Assembly: GCA_963844715.1 (NCBI GenBank)
Contig: CAWJPJ010000006.1
Location: forward strand, 544,001 to 608,000
Length of the DNA stretch: 64,000 bases
Direction of reading: 5' to 3'
Source of the DNA: an uncultured Phycisphaerales bacterium
GTDB taxonomy: Bacteria; Planctomycetota; Phycisphaerae; Tepidisphaerales; Tepidisphaeraceae
Part shown: piece after piece, positions 62,807 through 64,000 of the stretch
How positions within the stretch are numbered: the first letter of the stretch is position 1
Layout: the number at the start of each line of letters is the position of its first letter
Made by a program: the position numbers and the translations under genes
The notes under the pieces: model-generated
The model's input: the letters and a program-made list of their open reading frames with translations, nothing else
Told to the model about the DNA's origin: nothing
Databases searched by the model: none

Positions 62807-63953
62807 TCATACCCCAAAATGATCATCCACCCCATCCACATTCGGCAAATTCTGCAGCCCCGCGCGCCCGCTTCATCCCCGGCGCTCGCTGCCAATTATC
62901 AATCGGCTCCCCCTCCGCCACGATCGGCGGAAGCGTAAACAAAAATCGCTTCGCCAACCCGTTCACGAACGGCTCGTACATCGCCCGAAGCTCGCACAAC
63001 TTCGCCGCCGACTCCGCATCGTCGTGCAATTGCAACCCCGCTTTTTGCAGCATCGCGTGAAGCCGAATTCGCTTCTCGGCCGGCAAACGATCCGGCTCCG
63101 GCTGCACCAGCCCCGTATGGAATATCAGAGCCAGATCGACCACCGCGTGCCGAGCCATCGCAAAGGCAAGCTGCGCCCGATACGGATTGAAGTCCTTCAC
63201 CTCCGACATCACGATCGCGCACGTGTCGAGCATGAACGTCACCGTCGCCACCCACGATTGATTGTCATGCTGAGACCGAAAATAGCTCAAAACCGGAAAC
63301 GAAAGATGCCCCTCCAAAACCTCCGCGGACCATTGCTCCCACTCCGCAAGCATTTCGTTCAGCTGATTCATGTTTCCCCCGCGCGCCAAACGAACCAGCA
63401 ACTGAGCCGCCGTCGGCGGCGACCCCGCGCGGGCATCGAGCAGCGAGATCGTCGTCTCGCGCCTCGAGAAAGTCTGCGAAATCCCCGGAAGATAACTGAT
63501 GATGACCGCTAGAAACGCGAACCCCAATCCCGATTCCATCACCGCCAGCACCCGCCCGAAATGCCCCAGCGGCGTCACGTCCCCGTAACCAAGCGTGAAG
63601 AACGTCGTCCCGCTCATGTAAAGATAAGTGAAGAAACCCGTCTGCGGCGTGATCGTCGAAATGTGCTCCGAAACGCCCCAGCAAATCAGCGCGAAACCAA
63701 AAATGAGGCCCATCACCCAGGCGACAAATAGCGCCAGCAGCGAAAACGGCCCAAAGAAAGCCAGCAGCGCTCGCGCCGTTTCCCCGGCGGCAAATATTGG
63801 CTCAAGCGCGACCAGAACGCCCAGTTCGACCGATAAAAATCGCGCGAATCGCAGGCGATGGGTCACCCGCCGAGGTTGGAGGATCGTTTCAAAAGCGTCG
63901 AGCAGAACGATGCAGATTGCACCGACGCCCACGATTGCCGCAAGAATCCTCAC
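62807..63953 (-). CDS. Potassium channel family (Ion_trans_2) protein, probable indels
   Basis: Selectivity filter TFFTLGYGD; DARAGSPP; YFRSQH-x2-QSW; likely true end DDHFGV* at 62807 in another frame. Confidence 0.82.
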
Positions 63954-64000
63954 TCAGGGTTCTCCGTCAATGTGCTAACGCCAGCAGCCGATGAACGCAA

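Overview
GC-rich bacterial chromosomal window. It is probably Planctomycetota (Phycisphaerae/Tepidisphaerales-like); this is an inference from the PEP-CTERM/VPLPA-CTERM proteins, a bacterial topoisomerase VI, a MoxR-VWA cluster and TTQP/TTRP linkers. It carries about 55 genes, including ygfZ-like, ppk2, top6AB, class III fbp, alr, purD, tRNA-Pro(GGG), a 1-Cys peroxiredoxin, terC, a ~2060-aa PEP-CTERM protein, a MoxR/DUF58/VWA operon, ilvA, rmuC, recA, an HtrA protease, rex and xseA. About 17 genes, including recA and top6A, are broken by 1-bp indels, most likely uncorrected long-read errors. The most unusual content is small-element architecture. (1) Six heptamer-based inverted-repeat elements sit mostly in the MoxR operon spacers; one encloses a four-helix-bundle (23S rRNA IVP-like) gene, and pairs of empty ones bracket unrelated cargo-like genes. 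(2) A 289-bp tandem array behind tRNA-Pro consists of a small GIY-YIG ORF plus a tRNA mimic whose anticodon arm is replaced by a GC palindrome. (3) A Y1/HUH transposase-like gene carries REP-like hairpins. (4) Nonamer inverted-repeat elements bracket purD-alr. (5) recA has a candidate structured leader. All calls come from visual motif reading; no database searches were run.
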